A stretch of 64,000 bases of DNA from assembly GCA_012295275.1 (NCBI GenBank), contig CM022677.1:22320001-22384000 (forward strand), read 5' to 3'. Shown piece by piece: positions 38,679 to 51,737 of this stretch. The translations under genes were made by a program, and so were the position numbers. The notes under the pieces are model-generated. The model did not search any database. It was not told the origin of the DNA and was given only the letters and a program-made list of their open reading frames with translations. The DNA comes from Chrysomallon squamiferum (taxonomy: Eukaryota; Animalia; Mollusca). The stretch's first letter is position 1. Every line of letters starts with the position of its first letter.

Positions 38679-39170
38679 TCAATATGCGTTGTATCCGCCT
38701 CCGTATTGGTTTCCATATCCTCCGTATCCGCTTCCGTATCCACCTCCGTATCCGCCTCCGTATCCTCCCCCGATATTTCCGAATCCTCCCCCATATCCGC
38801 CTCCATATCCTCCTTTACCTCCACCGAAACCTCCCCATCCTCCTCCAAACCCTCCTTTACCTCCTCCGAAACCTCCCCATCCTCCTCCATATCCTCCTTT
38901 ACCTCCTCCAAATCCTCCCCACCCTCCTCCGTGTCCTCCTTTACCTCCTCCGAAACCTCCCCATCCTCCTCCGTGTCCTCCTTTACCTCCTCCGAAACCT
39001 CCCCATCCTCCTCCGTGTCCTCCACCGAAACCTCCCCATCCTCCTTTTCCGTAACTGCCTAAACCTCCATTACCTTTTCCGTAATATCCACCATTGAATC
39101 CGTAATAGGATTGTCCGGCACAGGCAAGAGACAAGCAGACGGCAAGAACGACGAAAACAGCTTTCATCAT
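38679..39170 (-). CDS. Secreted glycine-rich structural-type protein, copy C (163 aa)
   Basis: Signal peptide MMKAVFVVLAVCLSLACAG, then GGGWGGFGGG(K/H) repeats and a GGGY tail ending YGNQYGGGYNAY. An acceptor lies just upstream of the ATG, with TATA at 39554-39561 and the exon-1 donor at 39508. Confidence 0.92.
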   Translation of the reverse strand: MMKAVFVVLAVCLSLACAGQSYYGFNGGYYGKGNGGLGSYGKGGWGGFGGGHGGGWGGFGGGKGGHGGGWGGFGGGKGGHGGGWGGFGGGKGGYGGGWGGFGGGKGGFGGGWGGFGGGKGGYGGGYGGGFGNIGGGYGGGYGGGYGSGYGGYGNQYGGGYNAY

Positions 39171-39508
39171 TTTAAAGGACTACAAAAAAGAGAGAAGAAA
39201 TAAAATACTGATATTACTTGATCGTAAACTTCCAGCTTTGAAATACGTCAAATTACGCGATGAGAAGAGACAATTAAACGAAAACACGAAATTGAGTTTT
39301 GTAAATACAGAATTGTAGTACAGACAGAACACTTCGTAAGCTATTAGATTTTTAGATATCTTATCATTATTTCCGTATTAAATTTTGTCGATTTGCTTAG
39401 GAACGACATAATCAATAAGCAATGAATAGCAATCATTTGAGATTGTAGATTTCTGTTTGGAAACATTAATTGATAAACAGAAAGAAAACTCTTCACTTGT
39501 TTACTTAC

Positions 39509-39871
39509 TGTGTTGGTATCGGGAATGAATCTAATGTGTTATCTTCCTTCCTCTATATATACACAAAATTTATTAATTAGGTTAACGGTGAGTTCACAGT
39601 AAGTAACATTTAACTTATGTGAGGCTTCTGGGTAAGTTGATTGATTGGAAATACATCAATTTACTTTGACCTTAATGATATTTAAGATTGATGATAATTT
39701 GCTTTACCTCGAAAATGAGAAGTACCTTTATTTTTCTCTCCAATTAATTACAGAAAGATTACATCTGCTTTAACAAATTAATAGCCGTAGAATGTTATTA
39801 CGGCAAAAGAATATTTATTTTATTATTACTAAACAAAAACAAAAGGAAACCAAATGAAAACAAAGGAAATA

Positions 39872-39910
<39 letters not shown>

Positions 39911-40253
39911 CAAATCAAACTAAATCAAATTAAATAAACCTTTATTTGTTATAATTACATTCTCCTGGTATTCATTTTTTTTTAAAACAGAAGAAATCAT
40001 TCTGTAATTTATTCGTAAATGAAGAGATAAATAAATTACTTCTCGTTTTTGAAGTAAAGCAAATTATCATCAATCTTAAGTATACTATAAGGTCAAAGTA
40101 AATTGATGTATTTCCAATCAATCAACTTAACCAGAAGCTTCAGATAAGTTAAATGTTACTTACTGTGAACTCACCGTTAACCTAATTAATAAATTTTGTG
40201 TATATATAGAGGAAGGAAGATAACACATTAGATTCATTCCCGATACCAACACA
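39509..40253. promoter_or_regulatory. Back-to-back duplicated promoters of copies C (-) and D (+); TATA boxes at 39554-39561 and 40201-40208
   Basis: Two inverted copies of the conserved ~220-bp promoter/exon-1 block separated by ~300 bp of AT-rich spacer. Confidence 0.75.
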
Positions 40254-40583
40254 GTAAGTAAACCAGTGAAGAGTTTTCTTTCTGTTTATCAATTACTATT
40301 GCAATAAGATTTCTACAAGCTTAAATAATTGCTATGCATTGCATATTGATCATGTCTTTTCTAAGCAAATTCACAAAATTTAATCTGGAAATAGTGGTAT
40401 TTAAAATCTAACAGGTTATGGAGTGTTCTGTCTCGACTACAATTCTGTATTTACAAAACTCAATTTCGTGTTTTCTTTAATTGTCTCTTCTCCTCGCGTA
40501 ATTTGACGTATTTCAAAGCTGGAAGTTTACGATCAAGTAATATCAGCATTTTAGTTCTTCTCTCTTTTTTGTAGCTCTTTAAA

Positions 40584-41083
40584 ATGATGAAAGCTGTTTT
40601 CGTCGTTCTTGCCGTCTGCTTGTCTCTTGCCTGTGCCGGACAAACCTATTATGGAAACTCTGGTGGATATTACGGAAAAGGTAATGGAGGTTTGGAGGTT
40701 TAGGTGGATGGGGAGGTTTCGGTGGAGGACACGGAGGAGGCTGGGGAGGTTTCGGAGGAGGTAAAGGAGGACACGGAGGAGGATGGGGAGGATTTGGAGG
40801 AGGTAAAGGAGGATATGGAGGAGGATTGGGAGGTTTCGGAGGAGGACACGGAGGAGGATGGGGAGGTTTCGGAGGAGGTAAAGGAGGATTTGGAGGAGGA
40901 TGGGGAGGTTTCGGAGGAGGTAAAGGAGGATATGGAGGCGGATATGGGGGAGGATACGGAAATATCGGGGGAGGATACGGAGGCGGATACGGAGGCGGAT
41001 ACGGAGGCGGATACGGAGGCGGATACGGAAGCGGATACGGAGGATACGGAAACCAATACGGAGGCGGATACAACGCATACTGA
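40584..41083 (+). pseudogene. Gly-rich gene copy D with an 8-bp duplication (tggaggtt, ~40693-40700) causing a stop at 40701-40703 after 39 aa
   Basis: Reads ggtaatggaggtt-tggaggtt-taggtgg versus ggtaatggaggtttaggtgg in paralogs. Span is 500 nt (492+8). The rest of the Gly frame is intact to YNAY-stop. Confidence 0.78.
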
Positions 41084-43461
41084 AAACGTGAGAAAATATA
41101 TTTATTCCACAGAGTTAATTAATGCGTTTACAAGATGTCAGTTAATATTTTGTTTAGTTTAATACAGCACACTGAAACAATAATTTCAACACTGTTTATG
41201 ACAACTTTCATTCAGAGTAAAGGAAGAATAAAACATTTTTATCTATTAATGTTTATCTTTCTATTGCATAATTTTAGTTTTCTTCTTATATATTTCAGCT
41301 TCATTGGATGTTTTATATTTTCAGGTAATACTTCAATGAACATCATATTTCCGTGTGGGAAAAATAAAATGATATTAAAACTTTAAAAAATCATTCTTGT
41401 TTTTATTTCAATCTTAGTTTATACTTTATCGACAAGATGCAAATACACTATATTTAAGCATTCTAAGATACAGATTTAAATAAATGTGGCATGTACGTAT
41501 CTCAAAATGATTTATTTAATTTTAAATGTTATGAAATAGAACTCAACATATTTAAATATATACAGGCATACATACATATATGCCAGATACACGCACACAT
41601 ACACACATACACACATACATGCATACATACCATATACCCTCAAACACACATGCAGACATACACACATACATACAATATACTCACATACACACACATACAG
41701 ACACAGATGCACACATATACATACATACATACATATAAACATACCATATACACACATACACACACATATACACACATGCACACATACACACATACAGAGA
41801 GGGATACAGATGTACATAAACACAGTCATGCATACTTACACACATTCTCACACGTAACAATACAGAGGAACGTACACACATGCTTACATATATATCTACA
41901 CAGATACAATCATACATATGTACATACGTACCCAGATAGAGAATTACGTACATACGTACATCGTCAGTCTGAAACACTATGAAATAATTGAAGTTTTCGT
42001 AAAAACGACTTATTATTGTTACTTTTGTTGTTGTCCTTTCAATTCTATGAACTACGCTGAAGTGGTGTACAAGTTTGATGTGTTTGGTGACTTTCTATTA
42101 AAAACTGTTAAATAAAATAAATACAAATCTTAAAGAACGCAGTTTTAGTTTAGAAAGTGAAATAATGAGTTAAAGAGAAGTTGTACAACTTGGAAGCTGT
42201 TTGTTTCAGATGTAGTCCAATCTGAAAAGGGCACCATCTTCTTTTTTCCAGTTATTTCATTCATGTTTCTTATGGACGAATTATTCTGTAAATGTTATCA
42301 TAACGCATAATGAACGATACTTGAATATGACATCATTCTCCTCAGTGAGTCTGACTTGTGCGACACTCTGAACCATTTTGGACATTTTGCAACGTCAGCG
42401 TCAACATTGTGATTAAATTATGTTAGGTAATAATGACACTGGCCTATTTCAATGTACTGTGGCAAGAAGATTAGACAGGATGTGCAACAAAGAGCTTCCA
42501 AGTTGTACGACTTCTCTTTTACTCATTATTTCACTTTCTAAACTAAAATTGCGTTCCTTTAGATTTTTATTTTATTTTATTTAACAGTTTGTTAATAGAA
42601 AGTCACCAAACACATCAAACTTGTACATCACTTCAGCGTAGTTCATAGAACTGCTTTGAAAGGACAACAACAAAAATAACAATAATAAATCATTTTTATA
42701 AAAAGCTTCATTCCATACTGTTTCACACTGACGATATAGGTATGTATCTGTATGTATGTATTCCTCTACCTATGTACGTACGTATCTATGTATGAATGTG
42801 TGTACGTGCCTCTGTATATTGGTATGTAATTATCTACGTGAAAATGTGTGTAAGAATCCATGAATATTTGTATTTATATCTGTATGACATTTTGTGTCTA
42901 TGTATGTATGTATATATGTATGTATGTGTGAATATATGTATGTACATAGGTATGTGTGTGTGTGTGGTATGTATATATTTATGTATTATTTTACAGTTAG
43001 TGACTTGTATTTCATAACATTTCTAATTTTACGATACGTACACACGACATTTATTTACATCTGTGTCTTAGTATGTTCAATAGTGCATTTGCTTCTCTTC
43101 GGTAAAGTATAAACTAAGTTTCAAATGAAAACAAGAACTCTTTTCTTAAAGTTGTGATATCATTTTATTTTTTCCCACACGAAAATATGATGTTCACTGA
43201 TGTATAACCTGAAAATATAAAACAGATAACGAAACTGAAACAGACAAGAACAAATATATAATTATGCAATGGAAACAGAAACATTAATAGATAAATATGT
43301 GTTATTATTGCTGTACTCTGAATGAACGTTGTCATAAACAGTTTTGAAATTATTTCTTCAGCCACTGTGTAAGTGTGCTACATTAAACTAAACAAAATAT
43401 TAACTGACATCTTGTAAACGAATTAATTAACTCTGTGGAATAAATATATTTTCTCACGTTT

Positions 43462-43923
43462 TCAATATGCGTTGTATCCGCCTCCGTATTGGTTTCCGTA
43501 TCCTCCGTATCCACCTCCGTATCCACCTCCGTATCCACCTCCGTATCCGCCTCCGTTATTTCCGTATCCTCCCCCATATCCGCCTCCATATCCTCCCCAT
43601 CCACCTCCAAATCCTCCTTTACCTCCTCCGAAACCTCCCCATCCTCCTCCGTGTCCTCCTTTACCTCCTCCGAATCCTCCCCATCCTCCTCCGTGTCCTC
43701 CTTTACCCCCTCCGAATCCTCCCCAGCCTCCTCCGTGTCCTCCTCCAAAACCTCCCCAGCCTCCTCCGTGTCCTCCTCCGAAACCTCCCCATCCTCCTTT
43801 TCCGTAACTGCCTAAACCTCCATTACCTTTTCCGTAATATCCACCAGAGTTTCCATAATAGGTTTGCCCGGCACAGGCAAGAGACAAGCAGACGGCAAGA
43901 ACGACGAAAACAGCTTTCATCAT
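43462..43923 (-). CDS. Secreted glycine-rich protein, copy E (153 aa)
   Basis: Intact ORF with the same signal peptide and repeats; TATA at 44290-44297; conserved intron and 3' flank. Confidence 0.92.
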   Translation of the reverse strand: MMKAVFVVLAVCLSLACAGQTYYGNSGGYYGKGNGGLGSYGKGGWGGFGGGHGGGWGGFGGGHGGGWGGFGGGKGGHGGGWGGFGGGKGGHGGGWGGFGGGKGGFGGGWGGYGGGYGGGYGNNGGGYGGGYGGGYGGGYGGYGNQYGGGYNAY

Positions 43924-44244
43924 TTTAAAGGACTACAAAAAAGAGAGAAAAAATAAAATACTTATACTACTTGATCGTAAACGTCCAGCTTTGAAATACG
44001 TCAAATTACGCGATGAGAAGAGACAATTAAACGAAAACACGAAATTGAGTTTTGTAAATACAGATCACTTCGTAAACTGTTAGATTTTTAAATATTTTAT
44101 CATTATTTCCATGTTAAGTTTTGTGGATTTACTTAGCAGAGACATAATCAATAAACAACGAATAGCAATCATCTGAGATTGTAGATTTCTGTTTGGAAAC
44201 ATTAACTGATAAACAGAAAGAAAACTCTTCACTGGTTTACTTAC

Positions 44245-44823
44245 TGAGTTGGTATCGGGAATGAATCTAATGTGTTATCTTCCTTGCTCTATATATACAC
44301 AAAACTTGTTAATTAGATTAACGATGAGCTAACAATAAGTAACATTTAACTTATGTGAAGCTTCTGGGCAAGTTGATTGATTGGAAAGCCATCAATTTAC
44401 TTTGACCTTATAATTTATTTAAGACTGATGATAATTTGCTTTTTCACTTGGTTTCCTTTTTCTTTTGTTTAATACTAATAAAATAATTAAATAAAACAAA
44501 CAACAATAAATATTCATTTGCCGTAATAACATTCTCCTGGTATTAATTTGTTAAAGGAGATGTAATCTTTCTGTAATTTTTTCCTAAATGAAGAAGAAAA
44601 TAAAGGTACTTCCTGTTTTAAAGGTAAAGCAAATTATCATTAGTCTTAAGTAAATTATAAGGTCAAAGTAAATTGATGGCTTTCCAATCAATCAACTTGC
44701 CCAGAAGCTTCACATAAGTTAAATGTTACTTATTGTTAGCTCACCGTTAACCTAATTAATAGATTTTGTGTATATATAGAGGAAGGAAGATAACACATTA
44801 GATTCATTCCCGATACCAACACA
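44245..44823. promoter_or_regulatory. Back-to-back duplicated promoters of copies E (-) and F (+); TATA boxes at 44290-44297 and 44771-44778
   Basis: Inverted copies of the conserved promoter/exon-1 block. Confidence 0.75.
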
Positions 44824-45111
44824 GTAAGTAAACCAAGTGAAGTGTTTCCTTTCTGTTTATCAATTAGTATTGAAAAAAAGATAGTTACAAGCGTAAATAA
44901 CTGCTATTCATTGCTTATTGATTATGTCTTTTCTAAGCAAATCAGCAAATTGTAATATTGAAATAATGGTAAAATATAGAAAATCTAATAATTTACGAAT
45001 TTTTGTATCTCTACTATAATTTTGCACAATTTGATGTACTTCAAAGTTGGAAGTTTACGATTAAATAATATAAGTATTTTATTTCTTCTCTCTGTTTTGC
45101 AGACCTTTAAA

Positions 45112-45573
45112 ATGATGAAAGCTGTTTTCGTCGTTCTTGCCGTCTGCTTGTCTCTTGCCTGTGCCGGACAAACCTATTATGGAAACTCTGGTGGATATTA
45201 CGGAAAAGGTAATGGAGGTTTAGGTGGATGGGGAGGTTTCGGAGGAGGACACGGAGGAGGATGGGGCGGTTTCGGAGGAGGACACGGAGGAGGATGGGGA
45301 GGATTTGGAGGAGGTAAAGGAGGACACGGAGGAGGATGGGGAGGTTTCGGAGGAGGTAAAGGAGGATTTGGAGGAGGATGGGGAGGTTTCGGAGGAGGTA
45401 AAGGAGGATATGGAGGCGGATATGGGGGAGGATACGGAAATATCGGGGGAGGATACGGAGGCGGAATCGGAGGCGGATATGGAGGCGGAATCGGAGGCGG
45501 ATATGGAGGCGGATACGGAGGCGGATACGGAGGATACGGAAACCAATACGGAGGCGGATACAACGCATACTGA
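45112..45573 (+). CDS. Secreted glycine-rich protein, copy F (153 aa; true start at 45112, not 45022)
   Basis: Acceptor ttttgcag| at 45102, then accttta aaATGATG as in paralogs. The ORF is intact, with GGGI variants in the tail. Confidence 0.92.
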   Translation: MMKAVFVVLAVCLSLACAGQTYYGNSGGYYGKGNGGLGGWGGFGGGHGGGWGGFGGGHGGGWGGFGGGKGGHGGGWGGFGGGKGGFGGGWGGFGGGKGGYGGGYGGGYGNIGGGYGGGIGGGYGGGIGGGYGGGYGGGYGGYGNQYGGGYNAY

Positions 45574-47848
45574 AAAGGTGAGAAAATGTATTTATTCCAC
45601 AGAGTTAATTAATGCGTTTACAAGATGTCAGTTAATATTTTGTTTAGTTTAATGTAGCACACTTACACAGTTTCTGAAAAAATAATTTCAAATCTGTTTA
45701 TGACAACTTGCATTCGGACATCAGGAAGAATAGTACATATTTATCTATTAATAATTTTATTTCCACTGTATAATTATAATTTTCTTCTTATCTATTTCAG
45801 TTTCATTAGCTGTTTTATATTTTCAGGTAATACGTCAATGAACATCATATTTCTTGTGGGAAAAAATAAAATGATATCAAAATTTTAAGAAAATAAATTC
45901 TGTTTTTATTTCAATCTTAGTTTATACTTTACCGACAAGAAGCAAATACACTATAAACATTCTAAAACACAAATTTAAATAAATGTGGCATGTACGTATC
46001 TTAAAATGAATTGTTTATTTGAAATGTTGTTAAACACAAATCACTAAAAGTAAAATACATACGTAAATACATACATGGATACATATCTATGCATACACAC
46101 ACACATACGTAGATACATATGTACATACATACTCAAAAAGAGGCATAAAGATATAAATAAAAACATTCATGCATACTTACCGACAATATATACATACATA
46201 TATACAGGAAAACATGTATAATACATACATACATACATACATACATACACACATACATACATATATACATACATTCATATACACATACATATATACATGC
46301 ACAAATATATACATACATACATACACACATACATACATACACAAACAGACGTACAGATATAGATAAATATACGGATGCATACGTACACACGTATTCACAC
46401 ATTAATACATATATACTTCCATACCAAAACACAGAGACACATACGTTCAATCATATATACACACATACGCACATTCATGCCACTCTGAACCACTTTGGAC
46501 ATTTTGGAACGTCAGCGTCATCGTTGTCATTAAATTATGTTATGTAATTTGAATGTGTTGTGGCAACAGCATTTTGGCATACGAAACAAGGCTAATCGTT
46601 TTGTCTGTGAGGAACTGGAGCCCAAAATGTAAAACCTCTTCAAGTCCTTTCTACGTCGTATCCTCCTTGGTTTCGAGTTTCTTTGAAAATTGTGTGTTTA
46701 ATATACGCAGTCTTAGTCTAAGACATTTCATATTAAACGAATAGAATAGCAACACACAATTATCTAACAGAAATACATTTGGAATTATAAATATTATAAA
46801 ATTTAACGTTTTAAGATCTTCTAAACTTACGATTTAACAAACCATTTACCATGATGTCTATAAGTTTACTTTATTTTCACAGCATTATAAACAATGTGTT
46901 CTTAAGATACTTTAAGTTATATGGAAGTTTTTACCTCAGTTTAGTGTGTGTATAAAAGTGATATTTCTTTCTACGAACATTGGACTGCTTACTGATTTGG
47001 TCAGATTATTTCTTTATGTAGAAAATCAACTACACATTTTATTTTATAATACAACAGTATAATGTAGATATGACACTAAATACATCGAGCTTTAGAAGCG
47101 GCGGAAAAATGAAAACAAAACTAAACAAATAATACAAAAAAAAAAAAAATAATAATAATAATAATAATAAAATAAAATAAAAAGTGCTTGAAAAACAGAA
47201 AGAAAACAGGTTTGTGCTCTGAAATACAATTAATTATTTTGGAAACAGCTGTTTGCTTTCTTTCTGCATGTTTGAACTTGCACATTTCCGTATCTTTCAA
47301 TAATCTGTTACACACAGGACAATCTCTCTCAATATTAACAGCAAACCAGGAACAATTCATAAAATAATAATTTTCTATTTTAAACGCTGTTTTGTAGTTT
47401 ATCTTTTTTTAATACAAATTCTGGAAACTGTTTTTCAGAAATTTAAGTGTGAAATACTTAACAGATAAATAAATAAAGAGTAAAAAAAAAAAAAAAAAAA
47501 AATATGATCGGTAATGAATAGCTTAATTCACAACATTTAGGTAGTCATTTGTGATACTTATAAGGTACTGAATGTTATATAAGAAATGAAAACATATAAA
47601 ATATATTAACAGATTAGATGAATGTACGGACAGTAATAATCCTAATTTAAATAAACGTTGCATTGCTATATGCAGACGTATATCTTTAATCAATCAATAA
47701 TTAAATGTGTTTAAACCTGAAGCTTACTGATCAAGTAAAACATATTTACAATTTGAAAACATTTCTGGTTCCTGATGCTAAAAGAAAAAAAAAAGGAAAA
47801 AAAAAAGAATCTAATAAAAAGTAAGTTGTACCTAAATTTTTTACTTTT

Positions 47849-49135
47849 TCAGTCTGAGTCGTGTCCTGCATACTCACTTCTTTCTGCGTATCGTGTCCGT
47901 ATCCGTCTCCACATCAATGTCCGTATCCGTCTCCACATCAATGTCCGTATCCGTCTCCACATCAATGTCCGTATCCGTCTCCATATCAATGTTTGGATCG
48001 GCCTCCACATCAGTGTCCGTGTCCGCCTCCACATCAATGTCCGTGTCCGCCTCCACATCAATGTCCGTATCCGCCTTCACATCAATGTCCGTATCAATCC
48101 ACATCAATGTCCGTATCCGCCTCCACATCAATGTTCATATCCGCCTCCAGATCAGTGTCCGTATCGGCCTCCACATCAATGTCCGTATCCGCCTCCACAT
48201 CAATGTTCATATCCGCCTCCACATCAATGTCCGTATCGGCCTCCACATCAATGTTCGTATCAATCCACATCAATGTTCGTATCAATCCACATCAATGTTC
48301 GTATCCGCCTCCACATCAATGTTCGTATCAATCCACATCAATGTTCGTATCGGCCTCCACATCAATATTCGTATCCGCCTCCACATCAATGTTCGTATCC
48401 GCCTCCACATCAATGTCCGTATCCGTCTCCACATCAATGTCCGTATCCGCCTCCACATCAGTGTCCGTATCCGCCTCCACATCAATGTCCGTATCCGCCT
48501 CCACATCAATGTCCGTATCCGCAATCAATCAATGTTCCATCCACATCAATGTTCGTATCAATCCTCATCAATGTTCGTATCCGCCTGTTCGTATCACATC
48601 AATGTTCGTATCCGCCTCCACATCAATGTTCGTATCAATCCACATCAATGTTGGCGTATCCACATAATGTCCGTATCACTCCACATCAATGTCCTTATCC
48701 GCCTGCACATCAATGTTCGTATCAATCCACATCAATGTTCGTATCGGCCTCCACATCAATATTCGTATCCGCCTCCACATCAATGTTCGTATCAATCAAC
48801 ATCAATGTTCGTATCCAGTGTCCAATCCACATCAATGTCCGTATCCGCCTCCACATCAATGTCCGTATCCGCCTCCACATCAATGTCCGTATCAATCCAC
48901 ATCAATGTCCGTATCCGCCTCCACATCAATGTCCGTATCAATCCTCATCAATGTCCGTATCCGCCTCCACATCAATGTTCGTATCCGCCTCCACATCAGT
49001 GTTCGTATCCGCCTCCACATCAATGTCCGTATCCCTCCTCATCAATGTTCGTATCCGCCTCCACATCAATGTCCGTATCACTCCTCATCAGTGTTCGTAT
49101 CCATCAAACCAATCTTCATGGACTCCTCCAAATAC
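47849..49135 (-). pseudogene. Degenerate Gly-rich paralog (copy H) filled by a 24-bp satellite (~50 units, some 20-bp variants)
   Basis: Minus-strand unit ggacattgatgtggaggcggatac contains the GGA GGC GGA TAC (GGGY) motif of the family. The 3' end ggacacgactcagactgaaaaagt aligns with ggatacaacgcatactgaaaaggt. The 5' side reads FGGVHEDW (cf. FGGGHGGGW). There is no signal peptide, and each unit has an in-frame TGA. Confidence 0.7.
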
Positions 49136-49439
49136 TTCTTCCAATTTACACTTTGCTTCTCATGCGCGAAAACCGCTTCCACATTTATCTGTGTCATATC
49201 GTGAACTGTGATTATTTCAATAAAAAACACACTACCTTCAGTTTAACTTGTTGTTGACAGAAATAACAGATTGTAAATAATAATAATCATAATAATAATT
49301 CGTTGAGAAAAAATATCAAAATAAAAAAAGGAAAGATAAAATAATTTATTTGCTTGAACAACATTCTAGTGTGTTTCTTTTTTAAAGCTGATAAAATAAT
49401 TTTTTCGTTAATGGAGAGAAAACTAAAGCTGGTGGGAGA

Positions 49440-49627
49440 AATAATAATTATCATCAATCTTTACTAAATTTGAGATCAAAGCAAATTGATGGATTTCCAA
49501 TCAATCAAAGTTTCACATGAATTAAATGTTGCGTAATGTGACGTCACGACCAATCTAAGTAATAAACTTTGTTGTATAAATAGAGCAGGGAAGAGAGCTC
49601 ATCAGAATTAACCTGGAAACCAACACA
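49440..49627 (+). promoter_or_regulatory. Diverged promoter, TATA (49575-49582) and non-coding exon 1 of copy G
   Basis: tcaaagcaaattgatggatttccaatcaatcaa..ttaaatgttg..gtataaatagagc..accaacaca|gtaagt; same motif order as the other copies. Confidence 0.7.
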
Positions 49628-49978
49628 GTAAGTAAACTGGTCAATAGTTTGCTTTTTGTTTACTTCTTTAATTACTAATGTACTGAAACATCATTTAGCT
49701 TAAACAATTGTTATTCGTGTTTTATTGATTTCTAGACTGTAAGGCAAATTAATAAAGTTTCACGTGAAACTAATTGTAACGTTTTTTCTCTATCGTATTT
49801 TCATCAGAAAGATTTTCATTTAGTACTTATTTCAGCTCGAGTTACAAAAATGAAATTTAATATTGTGTTCTCTCTAAATAATTTGACTTACTGGAAACTT
49901 ACTACAAAGAAAAGAAAAGAAATAAAAATAAAAATAAAAATTAGAACTTTAGTTCTTGTTTTATTTTAGACCTTTAAA

Positions 49979-50404
49979 ATGATGAAAGCTGTTTTCGTCG
50001 TTCTTGCCGTCTGCTTGTCTCTTGCCTGTGCCGGACAAACCTATTATGGAAACTCTGGTGGATATTACGGAAAAGGTAATGGAGGTTTAGGTGGATGGGG
50101 AGGTTTCGGTGGAGGACACGGAGGAGGATGGGGCGGCTTCGGAGGAGGACACGGAGGAGGCTGGGGAGGATTTGGAGGAGGTAAAGGAGGACACGGAGGA
50201 GGATGGGGAGGATTCGGAGGAGGTAAAGGAGGATGGGGAGGTTTCGGAGGAAGTAAAGGAGGATATGGAGGCGGATATGGGGGAGGATATGGAGGCGGAT
50301 ATGGGGGAGGATACGGAAATAACGGAGGCGGATACGGAGGTGGATACGGAGGTGGATACGGAGGATATGGAAACCAATACGGAGGCGGATACAACGCTTA
50401 TTGA
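49979..50404 (+). CDS. Secreted glycine-rich protein, copy G (141 aa)
   Basis: Intact ORF with the same signal peptide. Acceptor attttag| lies just upstream and donor AAAG|GTGAGA 4 nt after the stop. Confidence 0.92.
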   Translation: MMKAVFVVLAVCLSLACAGQTYYGNSGGYYGKGNGGLGGWGGFGGGHGGGWGGFGGGHGGGWGGFGGGKGGHGGGWGGFGGGKGGWGGFGGSKGGYGGGYGGGYGGGYGGGYGNNGGGYGGGYGGGYGGYGNQYGGGYNAY

Positions 50405-51035
50405 AAAGGTGAGAAAATATATTTATTCCACAGAGTTAATTAATGCGTTTACAAGATGTCAGTTAATATTTTGTTTAGTTTAATGTAGCACACTTACACA
50501 GTGGCTGAAGAAATAATTTCAACACTGTTTATGACAACTTTCATTCAGAGTACAGCTATAATAACACATATTTATCTATTAATGTTTCTGTTTCCATTGC
50601 ATAATTTTAATTTGTTCTGATCTTATTTCAGTTTCATTAGCTGTTTTATATTTTCAGATAATAGATCAACGAACATCATATTCTCGTGTGTGAAAAAATA
50701 AAATGATATCACAACCTTAAGAAAATTACTTCTGTTTTTGTTTAATGTCATTTGAACTTTTCTGATACGCAGCATGATAAAAGTGAAAGAAATATATTTA
50801 GAATATTCAAACGTAGATTTATATAAATGTGGCATTTTCGTATCTTAAATTTGGTGGATAGATACGTCATCAGGCGTGTTTGCGTGTCTACCTCCAAACA
50901 TACATAGATACTTAGATACATTACATACATACATAGATACTTACATAGATACATACATACATACATAGATACATTTAGAGATGCATAGATGGAAACAAAC
51001 AAATATGGATACATAGATAAAGAGATACATATATA

Positions 51036-51108
<73 letters not shown>

Positions 51109-51198
51109 TCTCTCTCTCAGTAGTAGTACTAGCAGTATGGTATCGTTAATGATAGTAGTAAAGTTATCTTCTTAGCAGAGAGACAGAGACTCAGAGAT

Positions 51199-51737
51199 AC
51201 TCAGACAATTTTAACTGTGTGTGGTTTTCGCAGTCATAAGACTCAGACAATATTAACTGAGTGTAGTTTTCGCAGTCATAAGACTCAGACAATTTTAACT
51301 GTGTGTAGTTTTCGCAGTCATAAGACTCAGACAATATTAACTGTGTGTGGTTTTCGCAGTCATAAGACTCAGACAATTTTAACTGTGTGTAGTTTTCGCA
51401 GTCATAAGACTCAGACAATTTTAACTGTGTGTGGTTTTCGCAGTCATAAGACTCAGACAATATTAACTGTGTGTGGTTTTCGCAGTCATAAGACTCAGAC
51501 AATATTAACTGTGTGTGGTTTTCGCAGTCATAAGACTCAGACAATATTAACTGTGTGTAGTTTTCGCAGTCATAAGACTCAGACAATATTAACTGTGTGT
51601 GGTTTTCGCAGTCATAAGACTCAGACAATATTAACTGTGTGTAGTTTTCGCAGTCATAAGACTCAGACAATATTAACTGTGTGTAGTTTTCGCAGTCATA
51701 AGACTCAGACAATATTAACTGTGTGTGGTTTTCGCAG
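51199..51737. repeat. 42-bp minisatellite, ~13 copies
   Basis: Unit actcagacaatattaactgtgtgtggttttcgcagtcataag. It gives the 14-aa periodic ORFs 51191..51712 and 51217..51747. Confidence 0.95.

Noticed and set aside
47895-49103. Poly-selenocysteine protein (G-H-UGA-C-G-G-G-Y repeats on the minus strand)
   Set aside because: Frequent 20-bp variant units break the frame, there is no signal peptide or start context, and I could not see a SECIS. A decayed paralog explains the TGA more simply.
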